Part shown: positions 63,513-64,000 of the stretch, piece after piece | Numbering within the stretch: position 1 is the first letter of the stretch | Layout of the letters: each line of letters begins with the position of its first letter | Sequence record: JX128259 | Reading direction: 5' to 3' (one strand) | Origin: Escherichia phage ECML-134 | Length of the DNA stretch: 64,000 bases | Notes under the pieces: model-generated | Told to the model about the DNA's origin: nothing | The model's database searches: none | The model's input: only the letters and a program-made list of their open reading frames with translations | Program-made: the position numbers and the translations under genes

Positions 63513-64000
63513 ATGACTTTATTATCTCCGGGCATTGAGCTCAAAGAAACTACGGTTCAAAGCACCGTGGTTAATAACTCTACTGGTACAGCAGCTTTGG
63601 CCGGTAAATTCCAGTGGGGTCCTGCTTTTCAGATTAAACAGGTTACAAATGAAGTAGATTTAGTTAATACTTTTGGTCAACCAACCGCTGAAACTGCTGA
63701 CTATTTTATGTCTGCGATGAATTTCTTGCAGTACGGAAATGACTTACGAGTAGTTCGTGCTGTTGATAGAGATACCGCTAAAAACTCATCACCAATTGCT
63801 GGTAATATTGAATACACAATTTCTACCCCAGGTAGTAACTACGCGGTTGGAGATAAAATCACGGTCAAATATGTTTCAGACGATATTGAAACTGAAGGTA
63901 AAATTACTGAAGTAGACGCAGATGGAAAAATTAAGAAAATTAATATTCCTACTGCAAAAATTATCGCTAAAGCGAAAGAAGTAGGTGAATACCCGGAATT
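63513..64000 (+). CDS. 18: Tail sheath protein gp18, N-terminal part; continues past window end
   Basis: In-frame reading MTLLSPGIELKETTVQSTVVNNSTGTAALAGKFQWGPAFQIKQVTNEVDLVNTFGQP... matches recalled T4 gp18 N-terminus. Confidence 0.9.
   Translation, partial: MTLLSPGIELKETTVQSTVVNNSTGTAALAGKFQWGPAFQIKQVTNEVDLVNTFGQPTAETADYFMSAMNFLQYGNDLRVVRAVDRDTAKNSSPIAGNIEYTISTPGSNYAVGDKITVKYVSDDIETEGKITEVDADGKIKKINIPTAKIIAKAKEVGEYPE

Overview
This window is a T4-like (Tevenvirinae) myovirus genome segment running from the 5' part of gene 46 to the 5' part of gene 18. Bases 1-42906 are densely packed minus-strand early/middle genes in T4 order: 46, an HNH homing endonuclease, 47, a-gt, 55, nrdH/nrdG/nrdD, 49, pin, nrdC, a long run of nrdC.x-like ORFs, tk, rI, vs, regB, a GrcA-like glycyl-radical protein, internal proteins, e (lysozyme), nudE, a tRNA cluster with the GIY-YIG endonuclease segB, more internal-protein-like genes, 57B (Acb1), 57A, 1, 3, 2 and 4. 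Bases 42954-64000 are plus-strand late structural genes: 53, 5, 5.1, 5.4, 6, 7, 8, 9, 10, 11, 12, wac, 13, 14, 15, 16, 17 and the start of 18. Core proteins look near-identical to T4 as I recall them, but this is not T4 itself: nrdD is uninterrupted (no group I intron), lysozyme differs at a few residues, denV is not found, and the tRNA set includes Tyr and Asn with no Pro. No single undescribed system can be proven from sequence alone. The best candidates for follow-up are a terminator-bounded four-gene operon ending in a pol-beta-type nucleotidyltransferase (19716-22275), a tandem array of four coiled-coil-tailed proteins (12733-16718), a PspA/IM30-like protein (33657-34250), a macro-domain protein (25589-26056), a P-loop protein where denV would sit (28921-29460), and an expanded set of capsid-targeted internal-protein genes. 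All assignments rest on reading the supplied ORF translations and on recalled T4 biology; no database search was possible, and ortholog names for small ORFs are synteny guesses.
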